The notes beneath the pieces are model-generated. The model was not told the DNA's origin and searched no databases. It saw only the letters and a list, made by a program, of their open reading frames with translations. From the NCBI GenBank assembly GCA_010909165.1, contig MU008189.1:372001-436000 (forward strand): 64,000 nucleotides of DNA, read 5' to 3'. This stretch comes from Anthoceros angustus. Taxonomy: Eukaryota > Plantae > Anthocerotophyta. How positions within the stretch are numbered: position 1 is the stretch's first letter; each line of letters opens with the position of its first letter. Below, piece by piece: positions 23,198 to 36,400 of the stretch. A program made the translations under genes and the position numbers.

Positions 23198-26100
23198 ATG
23201 ATGATGGTAAGCTCCTCTACACATAAGGCATCATCTAGCTTTGTTTGTTTTGTCTTCAATTTATGTGTTCTCATTATCATCTATTATGGATAGGTAGTAA
23301 GCTATTCTACATATGTTGACTCATAGGCAAAACAAGCACAAGATTTGAATGCTGCAATTAAGAATGCCGATTTGAATAAAGTAGCTTTTCTTCTAGATCA
23401 CGGATGTGCAGTCGATTTCATTAACGAGGTGATTTATATGGATAGTCAAACATGATCTAGTAAATAGAGCACTAAGTCACACACAAGATCATATACAAGA
23501 TTTTTTTTTTTTTTTGGACATGCAGGAGGGTGACACGCCAATGCACATTGCAGCAAAACTAGGAAATGACAAAGCAATTACACTTTTGCTAAATAAAGGC
23601 GCAAAAATCGATGCTAAAGATACATGGGTGAGATGAAGCTACTTTTAAAATGCCAAGTGTGAACTTAAGACTACGCCTTATTATTTTTTATAATTGTGTA
23701 ACTCATTGTGTTCTCATGACAGGCAAGTTGGACACCACTTCATCATGCAGTTTGGTTGGGTGCAACAGCAGTAGTGACAATACTTATACAAAGAAATGCA
23801 GATAAAGATGCCCAAGATAAGGTAGAATTTAAGAAATATAAGTCTTTACATTGTTTCTAAGTATGTCTAAATACATCTTTTATAGATTTATTGAGTATGT
23901 AAGATATTTTATAAATATGAGCATGAATGGATTCGGAAACATGCAGGAGGACAATGCTATGATTATTGATGTATCAAGCCTATGGGCAGGAGGGGCAAAC
24001 ACCTCTACATCTAGCCGCAATGAGGAATAGACTTGTGGAATTGCTCATGCTTCTTGAAAGCCATGCTAACATTACTGCACGTGACCAGGTACATACAATT
24101 TTATGCATTTGATTGGTCATATACAGCTCAACCCCTTATTTTGTGCTCAATAAATTGTGGTTCTTTTTTTTGCAGAAATTCTTCACTCCTTTGCATACTG
24201 CAGCTTCGTTTGGAACACCTGAGATAGTAACAGTGCTATTGCAACGTGGAGCTGACAAAAATGCCAAGACCAAAGTATATATTTTTACATGTATTATTAT
24301 TTATCCTACAAAAATATTTATTTTGAATGTCAAATTTTCTTTTTTGATTTTAGGATGGAAAAACAGCAAAAATGCTTGCCGAAAATGCCAAGCGTACAGA
24401 TATAGTGAATGCAATCAATCGATATACTGCAGCCCCTAGAAAGTCAGGATCTGCGGTAAGTGCAACATACACATCAAGGGTCTCATAGTCTTTCCTTGTA
24501 CTAAAAGCTATAGCATGATACATATGAGCAATTTATGGTCAAAATATTTTTTATAATAATTTTTCTTCACCAGATGTCAAATGAAGTTCAAGAGCAAATT
24601 GCTCAAGTGACAGCTGCAACAGCCGCAGAATCATCAATAGCAAGAGCACAAGATGAAATAGTTGCACGTTCTTATTCCCTTAAAGTAGAAGCACTAGAAG
24701 ATTCCTTAGCAAAAGCAAAGGCCAAAGCAGAGGCTGATGAGAATAAACGAAGAGATTCTGAGGGAAAAATTACATCGATTCTAAAAAAATGCCATGATTT
24801 AGAAACAAAGTTGGCATCTGAAGAAAAAAGGCGAAAAGAGGCTGAAGCAAAAGCTAGAGCACTCGAGACCCAAGTAAATGATGCAATTGTTTTAGCACGT
24901 GAATCTGAACAGCTAAGGTCTGAAGCAGAAGAAAAAGCTAATCTAGGAGATAAAATTAGAATAGCTTATGATGTACAAGCAACTGAGTCAACTAGAAAAC
25001 GATCTCAAGCTGAAGCTATTGCAAACGACCACATCAAAAGAACATCTGAGGCAGAAGCAAAGTATTTAGAAGAAGTGAACAAAAGGGTACAAGTAAGTGA
25101 TCTGTTTTGTTCATGTATAATTGCATACTGATGCATGTCCAATTTCCATGTTGCATGAATCCATGGGGCATGCATCCCATAATGCATGTTTTGTACCATT
25201 GTTGACGATTGACTTTATTTTATTAAGATAAGCATATGGGGTTGTTTCTTTGCACTAACATGTTTGGTATATAATGATGTGTTGATTTCAAAGGCTACAC
25301 CAATTAATAATTAGTGAAATGTGAGAGTATCCATCAAACTTTACAATTGTATCTTTAAAAAAATAATCCGCTTTTTGCAGGTAGAAGCATATGCCAATGA
25401 AGAAAAGAAGCTTAGAATGAGTGAAGAGAGTAAACATAAGAATGGAGAAAAAATGAGACTTGACCTTCAAGCTAGAATTAGGGAGCTTGAGGACAAATTA
25501 AGTGGTGCAAATGAAAGAAAAGCAAGTGATAGGAGAGCTTCAGGTTCAGAAGGAGGGATAGGGGGTATGAGGTTCTTGCCCAAGTTCAAGATAGTTGGTG
25601 AGGAGGAAGAAGCTGAAGGGCGTAGAAAGCTTGAAAGGGCAGAAGAAGATCTGGAGGCTGAAATGAAGAGGAGGCAAAAAGCTGAACAACAAGCCTTAGA
25701 AGCTGAACAAAAGTTGGTAGCAGCTGAAAATAAACTTAGAGACTACGAGGAACGTTTTCATATGGAGATACACTCAGATTCAAAATTGCGATCAGACCCA
25801 AAGCATGATGAAGCATCAAGTTCCGGAAGGAAATCAGGTAAGTGTCTTGGATACCATGTAATCTTCCTCTTCATTCTCCTATATAAAATAACCTAATGAA
25901 TCATTTGATTGATTGAACGTAGGAGCTGATCAAGTGTCGACGACTTGACAGGCTCAGTAGCCCTCCTTGGAGGAAAGTTGAGCGAAATGCTCATCGTCTT
26001 ACGGAGCGAAGAAAATAAAAGAGCAGACCTAGAAGCTCAAGTAGCTCGGTTGTTAGCAGGTTCCAATAGTTCCTCTACAGAAGTAAGTACCTATACCTTC

Positions 26101-26429
26101 TTTGGTCAATTCATCTAGCATGCATGATCTGATACATTGCACCAATGTTATACCAGGCTCGTATAAGTGAGCTAGAGAAACACTTGCAAGAGGAGAAACG
26201 AAAAAACTTGGAATTGCAAGTGAAGTTAAACAAAAAAGTCTACCTCGGAAGGCTTGAGGCAACATCTTCCTCAAGTAATCCAAACGAAGAGCCCGAGTTC
26301 ACTCCCACAAATGCCATTGAAGTGGCTCCCAATCTTGTTGCTACGTCCCTTAGCACTAGAGAATTTTCAAGCCCCAAAAGCGGCTTCAGCGTGTTTGACA
26401 AGCTCAAAACCAAGATGAATATGAGTTGA
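23198..26429 (+). CDS. Ankyrin-repeat plus long coiled-coil protein (exons ~23198-23206, 23327-23428, 23526-23627, 23723-23821, 23990-24088, 24176-24274, 24354-24455, 24574-25092, 25381-25837, 25952-26082, 26157-26429)
   Basis: Ankyrin motifs GDTPMHIAA, SWTPLHHAV, GQTPLHLAA, FTPLHTAA, DGKTA. The E/K/A/R-rich exons that follow are heptad-like. All junctions can be read as GT-AG in phase. Confidence 0.88.
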
Positions 26430-27038
26430 GAAATAAAACATGAAACATGAAGAGTGGTCCAATCCCCCCTGCTGGGCTGGCTTGGTGATGTTCCGCTTTG
26501 GGTATGGCTGGGGAAGGTAGTGACTGCTGAAGTTGTGAGTTGCAGGACTTGCAAGTTGCCGTCGCATTTAGGAAAAAACAGCGATGCCGAATGTGGTGGG
26601 GTCGACTAACACGATGGCGACAAGAATGAAGAAGAAGAAGAAAAGAAGTGTATTAGAGTCCACATGGACGGACGCCAGCCAAACGGAAGCAGCTCCAGTT
26701 TCAAGGAGTCCGCAAAGTGCGAAGGCCACTCAGGGATAGTTTCGAAGGCGGTGCAAGAGATAGCGCCTGAAAACACTCCACCAATTGCGTAACGTGTTGT
26801 CGCATAGACTGCCTCGTTACCCGGTCTGTTACCGGTCCCCACTCACACCCACCTCCACGAGGCGGGATGAGCGTACGCCACCTGTATGCCAAGCGGCGTC
26901 GTCCCGCCCCGCCAGGTGGACTGCGACACTCCAGCAGCGAAGTGCGGGAATGCATCCAGGCGTGGCGTGTTGCAGGTGTCTTCTTCAGGCGGGACGCTCG
27001 GTCGGGCAATCACGCTCTGCGGTGTTCAGGTAGCAGGC

Positions 27039-27726
27039 ATGGCGTCCACGCAGCAGAGCATGAGCCAGGAGGCTAGGGCACGGGAGGCGCGGGCTACGGT
27101 AAAGGAGGATCTGGTGAACGTGGCTTCCGGAGCTCGGGAGAAGGTGGATCACGCGAGAGCGGACGCGCAGAAGGTGATGGACAAGGCGCTGCATCCCTTC
27201 GACGAGGAGGCCAAGAAGGAAGCGGACCGGAAGGCGGAGCAGAAGAAGTACGAGTCGACGGTGAAGCAGCAGGAGATCCGGGTTCTTGCTAGGCAGCAAG
27301 CGGAGGAGGAGAAAGTCGCGGCCATGGCGCAGGCAGGGCAGCGCACGGAGGCTGTGCAGCCTCCGCTCTCGAACGCTACTCCCCCCGGTGCTCAGCCTCT
27401 GCAGTCTCCTTACCACGATCCAGGTGCCCGGTCCTCCCTGTGCTCCTCGTACTGGCAGGGTGTTTAAATGTGCGTGCCGTCTTCTGATTCTTGCTGCCGC
27501 CGTGGCCATGGCAGACGCGCCGCAGCAAGCTAGCTCGGGAGAGAACTGGAAGGCGACGCAAGAGCAGCCGCCGGCGTCGCCGAATCAGGGCTTCCAGTCC
27601 GCGTTTGGAACGGCAGGCTATGGCACTGTGCGAGGTCCGGATGCCAGCAGCCCCAGAGGGACGGCTGTTGACACGAGCCCGAAGGGCACGCCTGCGCCGC
27701 CTAATTACCACAATCCCTTCCATTGA
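27039..27726 (+). CDS. Late embryogenesis abundant protein, LEA_1 (group 4)-like (exons 27039-27423, 27515-27726)
   Basis: TVKEDLVNVASGAREKVDHARADAQKVMDKA...EAKKEADRKAEQKK helical N-domain followed by a disordered P/G/A/T tail. Phase-1 intron. Confidence 0.75.
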
Positions 27727-28362
27727 GCGCCTCTCTTTCTTGCAGCTTTTGGCGCGTTTGGGCTCAGTTGTTAATATGCGCAGTGTGTTTCAGTGGTGTC
27801 CGTTTTTTAGAGTAAAGCAGCAGCTCAGATTGCACAGGCCTACAGAAGTGGTATGAAATTTGTAGTGTGGTTGTTCATCTATAGCACTGGATGGGATATT
27901 AGGGAGTGATAGGTGCCGGCACAAGTCGGTGGGAGCGGGGACCAGGCGGAGCTCAGGCGATGGATGTCCACTAGGAGAACTGTACTGTGAAGCCGCCTCT
28001 GGGTGGGTGCTGTCCAGCGTGGAACTTTTCCAGAATAGGTGCTATGTGCGGTGATGCGGCATGCTAGACATGCGAAATTCGTACGCAGATTTAGAGGATT
28101 TGTGGGCCACATGCCATCGCAGTTTTTGTACGATGTTAATAGAAGAGGCTGCCAACGGACTTACCAGGTGGTTGCGTACAGCACATTTCTGACAGCTTGT
28201 CAATCTTGTCGGAAATCTAGAAAGCTTGTGTAGGAAAGGTGCAAGTTGCAGGTCAATCGGACTCTCCAAATTGCTCTAGCCACATGCTTCAACTTGATTA
28301 CTGTAAGGTCTAACATATTTAGAGAATAATCTGTGGGGTGGAAGTTGATCCAGACTAAGCCC

Positions 28363-30249
28363 CTAGTTATTCGCGGGATTCCAATCTGCGGGCATGACTA
28401 GTGGCCAGTCACCTCGAGCACCTAACCTGACGTACAAGCTCTTCTTGCCTGGACATTCGTGCGCACAGAGTCATTGTTAGATGGGACTTGAGGCTGACCT
28501 GGATAGATTCCAGGGAGAAAACGAGAGTGGCAGGAAATCCGGCATCACTTACCAGGGAGATCCTTTTCCGCTTCGATGAGATATTTGAGAGCTCTTAATG
28601 AACCTTCAGCTACAGGTCGCACAGAGGAACTATCCCATCCGGATAGAGCCACCACTACATCAGCTTTAGAATAAGCCTTCGCTCCCTCTGTTCTCTCTCT
28701 GACAGCTTCCAATTCTGCTGATGCTTGATCTGCGTATTTAAACTCCAGGGCCTTAGATGGACCAAGCTAGGTTGAGGAGCATAAGTAGGTTGAAGAGCGT
28801 CAGAAGAAAGCTTGGTATCCTATTAACTGGACACAGGAAATACTTGCCTTGCGCCGCGCTTTGCTTCAGCCATACGGTGAAGCCAGTGTGTAAGTGATTC
28901 CAACGATGTGGATCAGCTGCCGCCCCCTCCTCCCCACCAACAGTAGCCACGACGCACCTGACATTCCTGCACAATTTTGGAGAGTAGAACGTTAGCTAGA
29001 AGTACCCTGTAGGTTATATGTGCCAAACAAAACTAGCCAGAGCAACAGATGAGTACGTGAACAGGGAAGCAAGAATCTGTGCTTCGACTTCGGCAACAGC
29101 AGACTTCCCTTCTTCTGCCACCACTGTGCAAAACAGTTGCTCAAATAAGCAGCAAGTTTTGCACCGAGGACACCATGATGACCCAACATGACCTTTGACT
29201 TACACTCGGATGGAGTCTTGCCAGTCAGCTGATGCACCAGGTCCTGCGTCTGCAGAGGCACATATCTGGAAACTCGTGTCATTCTCTACATGATGCAAGG
29301 GCATTCTTTGGCAAGAAGCAAGCTACTGATAAGAGGCTGCTTGGCATACCCCAGGCCAGTGGCAATCTCTCTGGCTACAGCCCAGTTGATTTCCGTGCTT
29401 TCACCAACAATATTCACAGAGGTTCCCTTGAGAAGACCAGCAACCCCTACAGTTAGGGAACCCCAGTCTTCCTCAAGGCCAGGCCACTTAATTTCGGTGT
29501 CTACTTTCTTCAGGCTGATTACGACCGTGTCCTCATCGACGAACCTGCACTTGCAACAAAACTCACTGCGTCAACAACCGACAAGATGAAGAATTCTGGT
29601 TTGAGGGGAAGCAAAGGGCGCCCTACATTCCTTGCGTAAAATCTGTAAGACAGCAACCAAAGGAAACACACCACATTGTCTCTGAGGGCTTGATGAGCCC
29701 ATAGAGGCAGGTAGCGGCCAACAGCACCTTGACACCATCACCTGGTTGCACAGCCACAATGATAGATTTTTCTTGGATGTCAACAATCACATTGCTAGCA
29801 GTCAGCCCTTCTATTCCCTTGGGGATTCGCACCCGCAACTCCGCCTCTTTCCCTTCATCACGAAACTGTAATATGCTTCGGTAAGAAATCTTGCACTGAG
29901 CATCAGGAAATGAACAAGAGGAAAAACCACTCGTCAAGATCTCAAACTCATGAAAATCGTATGCATCTCTGGTTACCTCATAGCTTTTGGTACCCTCAAC
30001 ATCGGCGACAGTGTGCTGCCCATCGACGAACACGGAACACCTGGCATTGCTTAAGCCGTAAGGATTTCCAGAAGACTGCAAACATTGCTTCTTCTGAGCT
30101 CCCCTGAACCAGCTACGCTGCTGATTTTTTGAGAACCTACTCCGACAAGCGATAATGGGAGCCACTGCTCGCTCAGACGTAGAGGAGGAAAAAACAGTCG
30201 TGGAGCAGGACACGACCGGCAGAAGCAGAGCCATAGGCGTGCAAGCCAT
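28363..30249 (-). CDS. SKL2: Shikimate kinase-like 2, chloroplastic (CS domain plus inactive SK domain; multi-exon)
   Basis: Transit peptide, CS domain LYGLIKPSETMW/FVDED..SLKK, LLKGTSVNIVGESTEINWAVA, RCVVATVGG..HLHTGFTVWL, and C-terminal GKKSLYVRLGARGDWP. Confidence 0.92.
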
Positions 30250-30314
30250 GTCCAATCCTGCGACTCAAGCTAGGAGGACATTGTTATCTTGTGCTGATAC
30301 CCCGTAGGCGAGCA

Positions 30315-30328
30315 AGGGTTTAGGGTTT
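30315..30328. promoter_or_regulatory. Telo-box (AGGGTTTAGGGTTT) in the SKL2/WDR6 divergent promoter
   Basis: Two tandem plant telomere units between the divergent ATGs. Confidence 0.55.
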
Positions 30329-30472
30329 ATCGGTTCGCATCACCATTCTGCTCCGATTCAGATTGCAGAAGCTGGGCGCACGATGCATCCTGATAAGTTG
30401 TTATCTGTCTGCAGGAATTAAGGACTTGGATATGTCTGCAGCTGTGCATGGTGCAGGAAACTGGCAGAAAAA

Positions 30473-33400
30473 ATGTCCTTCGTCCTGAGCAAGGGTCCTT
30501 ACTGCGGGGACATCTCTGCATTGTGCTTGATCCCAAAGGGCCCTTCTTCGTCTGAGCATTCTTTACTGCTCACAGGTTTTTTAATCCTTCAGCCAGTTTG
30601 TGTCGGCTGATTTTTTCTTCATGATGAACGGCACGGGTAGTTTCTCAGGTGTCACCTTCGTCTGTTGCCACTTGCTAGCAAAGGTTGCACCTTACAGTTG
30701 TGACTATTATGTCCAGGTACCGGTCCTCAGGTCGTTCTGTACGATTTGCCAACGGGGCAGCTACTGCATTCTTCATGTTGCTTTGACGGCGTCCGTGTCC
30801 ATGGCATATGTGCCCTTTCACACGCAGCCTCCGAGCCTGGGAACAACGACGTTGCTACGGTTGCTGTGCATGGAGAGGGAAGGGTGAAGCTGTTCAGGCT
30901 ACATCTTATACAAAATTCACATGAAGGAAAAGGGTTATGCCAGCTGCGGCTATTGCATACTCTCCCAAGATTTAACCACTGGGTGCTTGACGCTCTGTTT
31001 TTGCAGGTAGCTTCCTGTCACTTAATGAAAAGAGAAAACTTTACAGTTCGTCCATGTACTAAATTTTTGACATGCAGGGAAGTGACTCAGGTTTACAGAA
31101 GCCTGACGGTGGAAGGGATGGAGATGAAGGGTCCTTTCTAGCTGTGGGACTGACAGACAATTCTCTTAGCTTGTGGGATGCCAAGCTGTGTGTGTTGCTG
31201 TACCAAATCGAGTGCACTGGTAAGTTTATCTTTGATGCAGAAGTTTTGTTGTCAATTTTAATTAATTTATCACCGGCGAAGTATCAGACTTTGGAGGTAG
31301 AACCTCTATTGTCTAACATGGTATGGCTTTGCCTCAGAAAGATGCCTTCTGTATTCCATGCGACTGTGGGGCAAATCTTTAGATACTTTACGAGTTGCTT
31401 CCGGCACAATTTTCAACGAGGTACAACTTCTTGGTCATGTCCGTGCAGGCTGAAAGGCTTTAGGGTTATCTCACTTTGTTTTGCACTGGGCTGGACCAGG
31501 CGCAGTCGACTAGTAGTTTGCTACTAAGGTAGAGTGTGTTCTAAGCGGGTTCTTGCAGGTACTTATCTGGAAACTGGGACAAGGAGTTCCTGATGTGAAC
31601 AAACTAGTGACAGAATTGAATGTCAAACCTAGAAGCGGAACAGGTGCTATCTTTGCCATCTTTGACAAGGCAGTCAGGCCTCTGCACAGACTCACTGGTC
31701 ATGAGGGCTCTATTCATCGCATCTCCTGGGCTCCCAATGGCCTATGGATAGTCTCTGTGTCTGATGACCGCACGTAATGTCCAACTCTGTTAGCTGGTTT
31801 TGCTTCTATGAGCTCTCAAGTAGTGCTTAGTTTGTCTGAACCAAGCCCATGATGAGGTCTTTGGTCTTTCCGTTGTTCTAACTCATTTCCATCTGTTGGT
31901 TGAGGCAGTGCTCGAGTGTGGAAGCACTGTCCTACAGCGGAATATCTGGGGCCACCACCAATACTTGGTGACAGCCGGATAGAAATGGGACCTGTGATAT
32001 ATGGACATGGAGGACGGTTGTGGGATTGTCATGCAGCCGAGGAGGTTAGTACAGTCCACCCAAAATGGCTTTTGGAAAAATGGGCATGGTTATGTGGTCA
32101 TGTTCTCAGCCCAATATTGGACCAGCACTGCTTGCTTCTGGATTTTCCACATTGTGAGTCTGTTGCATGCTGTTGTGGTGGAATGTATGATCACATTGGT
32201 CTAATCCAGAGGTTTTGGATGTAAGCTGGAATTAGTTTTTGATAACAGCAAGTGAGGACTGTACTAGCCGTGTCTGGGCTCCGGATGGGAAACACATTGC
32301 CACGTTGAAAGGCCATACGTGAGTCTTGCCCTTCCAAAGTGCAAAATCTGATCTGTGTGGGTTGGAACTCAAGTTTTTGTATGGGGGACAAGAGTCAACC
32401 GTCGCTTTCCACTCTCAGCACTTGTTACGTGGTGGAAATGCTCGGAAGATGCTGGAATTTGCTCCTTTTCTGCAACATTGTGCAGAGGTCGAGGAATCTG
32501 GCGCTGTGTCTACGATATAAACACGGCAACTGTGATAACGGCTGGGGCTGATAGTGCCATTAGAGTTGACTCATTGTCAAAATGGACGTCCGTGCCTAAC
32601 AGTATTTCCCAGTCATCAAGAGGGAACACAGAAGTCATGTCAATTTTGGCGCTGCCAGCTGGAAATTTGCAAAGTGGAGGATCCATAAACTATGTTGATA
32701 GGTAACATTCTGATCTGACAGTGCTAGTTCTTCCGTAATTGTATATTCTAACCAAGCCCAAAACGATTTTCTTGTTCGAAGTCCCTTATCTCCCTCTATT
32801 TTGTAATGCAGCAAAAGTGAATATGTCCGGTGCATCTCGTTCGCTGCACCCACTTCTTTGTATGTTGCAACCAACCATGGACTCCTCTATAGAGTTGACA
32901 TCATGGACAACGAAAAAGAGCTTTGGACGACTCTCACGGAAGGACATGTAGAAGGCCCTATTGTTTGCATGGATGTTCTTTTAGGTGATATGCACACACT
33001 GTCTCAAGGCTTGGATGGCAAACCCAAGGAGCATCATATTGTAGTTGGCAACGGCCAAGGACAAGCCAGAATAGTGATAGTTCGATTCAGTGGTCTCCAA
33101 TGGGATGTAGTCTCCAACTTGTCATGGTCAGCAGGGGCAGAAAGAAAGTTGTTGGGGACATTTTGGTGTCGATCTCTAGGAAGCAGGTACTGTTTCTCTC
33201 TGAAGCTTAGAGCTGAAGTCTTTCCTGAAATACGAGGCCTGGATATAATTGGCTGATCTCTGCCCTTCATGCAGCTATGTGTTTACAACTGATCCTAGAG
33301 GGGGCATCCGAGTGTGGAGTGTAAAGTATGGGTTTCCATTGGGCGAGTCTGAAAAAGGCCATGAAAATGTGGTGTGTTCTTGTGTGTCTCCGTGGGCTGT

Positions 33401-36400
33401 ATGCCAGTCCCCTTTCCACAATCAGATATTCTGCTTCGATGTCTGCCTACAGCAGGAGGTAGGAAAATCTGGCCGTGAGCAGTTGCACGCACTCTTTTGT
33501 TAAAATACAGTGAAGGTCCAAGGGAGGCACCTGCTAAGGATCGAATATTGGATGTCTGCAGGTGATTGTTTTTGGAGATAAGAGGGGGAACTTGGTAGTA
33601 GCTTCGTTTCCTTCTCCTCTTCGTCACGTCGGTAGGCAAGAATCAGGGAAACCACTAGAAGTAACAGTCCTGGCGCTACTGAAAGGTGCCCATGGCATAT
33701 CGCGTGTCACCAGTATCTCAGTTGTGCCGGCTCTCCTGAGCCCTGTGGCTGAAATTGTCTCTGTAAGTATCTGCTGCCAAGTCACGACCACTATCCATGT
33801 TTGCTAGTTGCAGGTAAATGCGATCTACGAATATTTGGTATAGGTTGACCTGGGTCGTGTGTGCAGACAGGCAAGGATGAATGCATCTGCAGGTTCTCCT
33901 TTGAGAAGGACATCCATGGGCTTCAAGGCAAGCCTCAGGGAGTCGTCTGCACCGGGGTAGAAAGAGTCTCAGCTATTACGCTTGTCGAATCTGTGACTCA
34001 ATGGGGAAGTGGGTCTAAAGGAGAAGGGAGGAGGATAGCTGCTGGTTTCACTGCTGGGGATTTTCTTGTATGGGATCTGGGAAACCAGTGTGAGGTAATG
34101 TCATTGCATGAGGGGGTGGGAATCTCGGGTTTTGCATTCCGCTGAACTGCTAGTTTCAGAAAAAATCATTATCCGTGGAACACTCTGTCGAGTCTGTCCG
34201 CTATTTTGAAAATCCTCTGCAGATTATGCGGGTGTCATGTGGTGGATGGCGCCGACCCTTTTCGTACCTCAGTGCAAACATAACAGAACATTATTTCGCC
34301 TTTGTTAAGGTTATCACACTTCTTGTTGGAAAACCCCTTTTCAGATTGAGTATCAACTAATTCCACTGTTCCCGGTATTATTGGTGGAGCTGATCTTATC
34401 TGGCTGAATAGGAGAGTGCCATTCATGTGCACCGCAGCTGGATCCCCTCTTCAGCCGAAGCGGATGGAATTGATAAGTTGCAGCCAGAGGAAGGTTGCTC
34501 CCTCGGTATCAGTCAAGTTCCTGCGAAGCTATTGCACATGCAGTTCCATGGAAAAGAAATTCTATCTGTCCAGTTCATTCCCAGTGCAAGCAAAACGTTG
34601 AAAGTACAAGCTTGCTCAAGCTGGGTGGCAACTGGCGGAGAAGATGGTTCTGTTCGACTGACAAGGTGCTTTTGAACTCTCTTGAAGGTGTAGAAAAAAA
34701 CACGTCTACGAGTTCTCATAATGATGCGACATGTGAAAATGTATGCCTTGAATGACATTGAAAGGTTTTGTAGGTTTGATCCCAAGCAGCAGCAGCAACT
34801 GGATATGTCATTGGTGCTCGGGGAGCACACAGGCGGATCTGCTGTGAGAGCACTTACTTTGGTATCAGACTCTCACACAGTTAGAAAGGGGCCACAGGTG
34901 CAGGAGAGGCCATTTCGTGGGGACGGGGAATTTGATATCAACAGGACACTCCTGGTGGCGGTAGGAGCCAAGGAAGTACTGACCTGCTGGCTACTTCAGT
35001 GCACGTCACATCCTGGAGATGGTATTTCTTCTGGTGCTGAACAGAAAAGCACACTTGTGTCTCAAGAAACACAACAACCTTCCTCTGGTTCATGTGAGGC
35101 GAACGCGCTCAGCCCCAAGTGGATCAGTAGTTACAGGGCCCAGAAACCTCGTTCAGCTCAACAGGTAGCTCAGGTAGCTGGAAGTATGTATCCAAGCAGG
35201 AGGAATGTGGTCGAGCCTGAAGCTGAAGATGGATTTGGCACTGTTCACCAGGAAGATGGCACCTTTGACCTTAGTTTGCAAGAGGGTGATCCAAGCCAGG
35301 ATGATCTTCGGTATATGGCTGTTACTGCATTTTCAACCTTGTGCTCGACTACTGGGTATGTCTTCGCATATCTAATCTGTCGCCTGGATCGTCAATTACC
35401 AAGCGGTAGGATGTTCTGAGGCCGTGGGTCTTGTCAATACAGGTTAAACCTGACCTTCGTGGTGGCAGCATCGTCAGACTCGACGCTGACTGTTCTTTCG
35501 TTCGGTATCACCGCTCGTGCATGGTATTCACCTGTGCCTATTGTCCTGGCTGACTGTAAAATCATGGTGCTCATGTTTTAAAAGTCAGTTCTGCTGGCAG
35601 GTTGAAGGTGGCAGTGTTGGATCACCACACAGCCCCCGTCCTATCTTTGACTCACCTTGTCATACACTCTGATCACGTGCTTCCAGGTAGCTAGTGTGTC
35701 GTTAATTCTGAAGCGTGAGTACATGGATAGCTGCTCTCTATTTGCTGAGGTGCTAAATCTCCGTGCAGATGGGTCTTCCGAACGGTTTTTAGTGTTCAGT
35801 GGGGCCACTGATGGCTGCATTGCTGTTTGGGATATCACCCGTGTAGTGATGAGAACTTATGAAAATTGCCCTCAGCTTGAACTCAGTCACTCAGAACCTA
35901 TTCCGTTGCGTCCACTCAGTGGAAGAGGGAGTCAGGGAGGGAGGCTGCGGAAACTTCAGCAGCACAATGCCATGAGACCGAAGGCTGGTTTACAAGACAA
36001 ACAGGACGCTACAGACCAACGAAGTGAAAATCTTCACACGAATGAGGGGGTGAGACTTGGAAGCAAGCTAGTAGAAAACATCGAAGGTCCATTGCAGATG
36101 GAGGGGGCTGAATCAGGATTGCCTGACAGCCATCTTACGGGCCTGAGCTTCAGTCAAGCCAGTTCAGGCTTCCAATATGCTGATAAGGGCTCTTCAAATC
36201 AGGGTCCGGATGTAGCTTGCCTCCGACCAATCCACATTCTAGTGGCTGCCCACATGTCGGGGGTGAATTGCATGAGCGTAGGGAAACTGGAGGTTCAGGA
36301 GTGCTCCCAACTCACCAGCAATGAAGAGGTTGAATACGTTCTTGTAAGTGGAGGTGATGATGAAGGATTGCACATACTGACGTTTTCTGTTGACCTCCCA

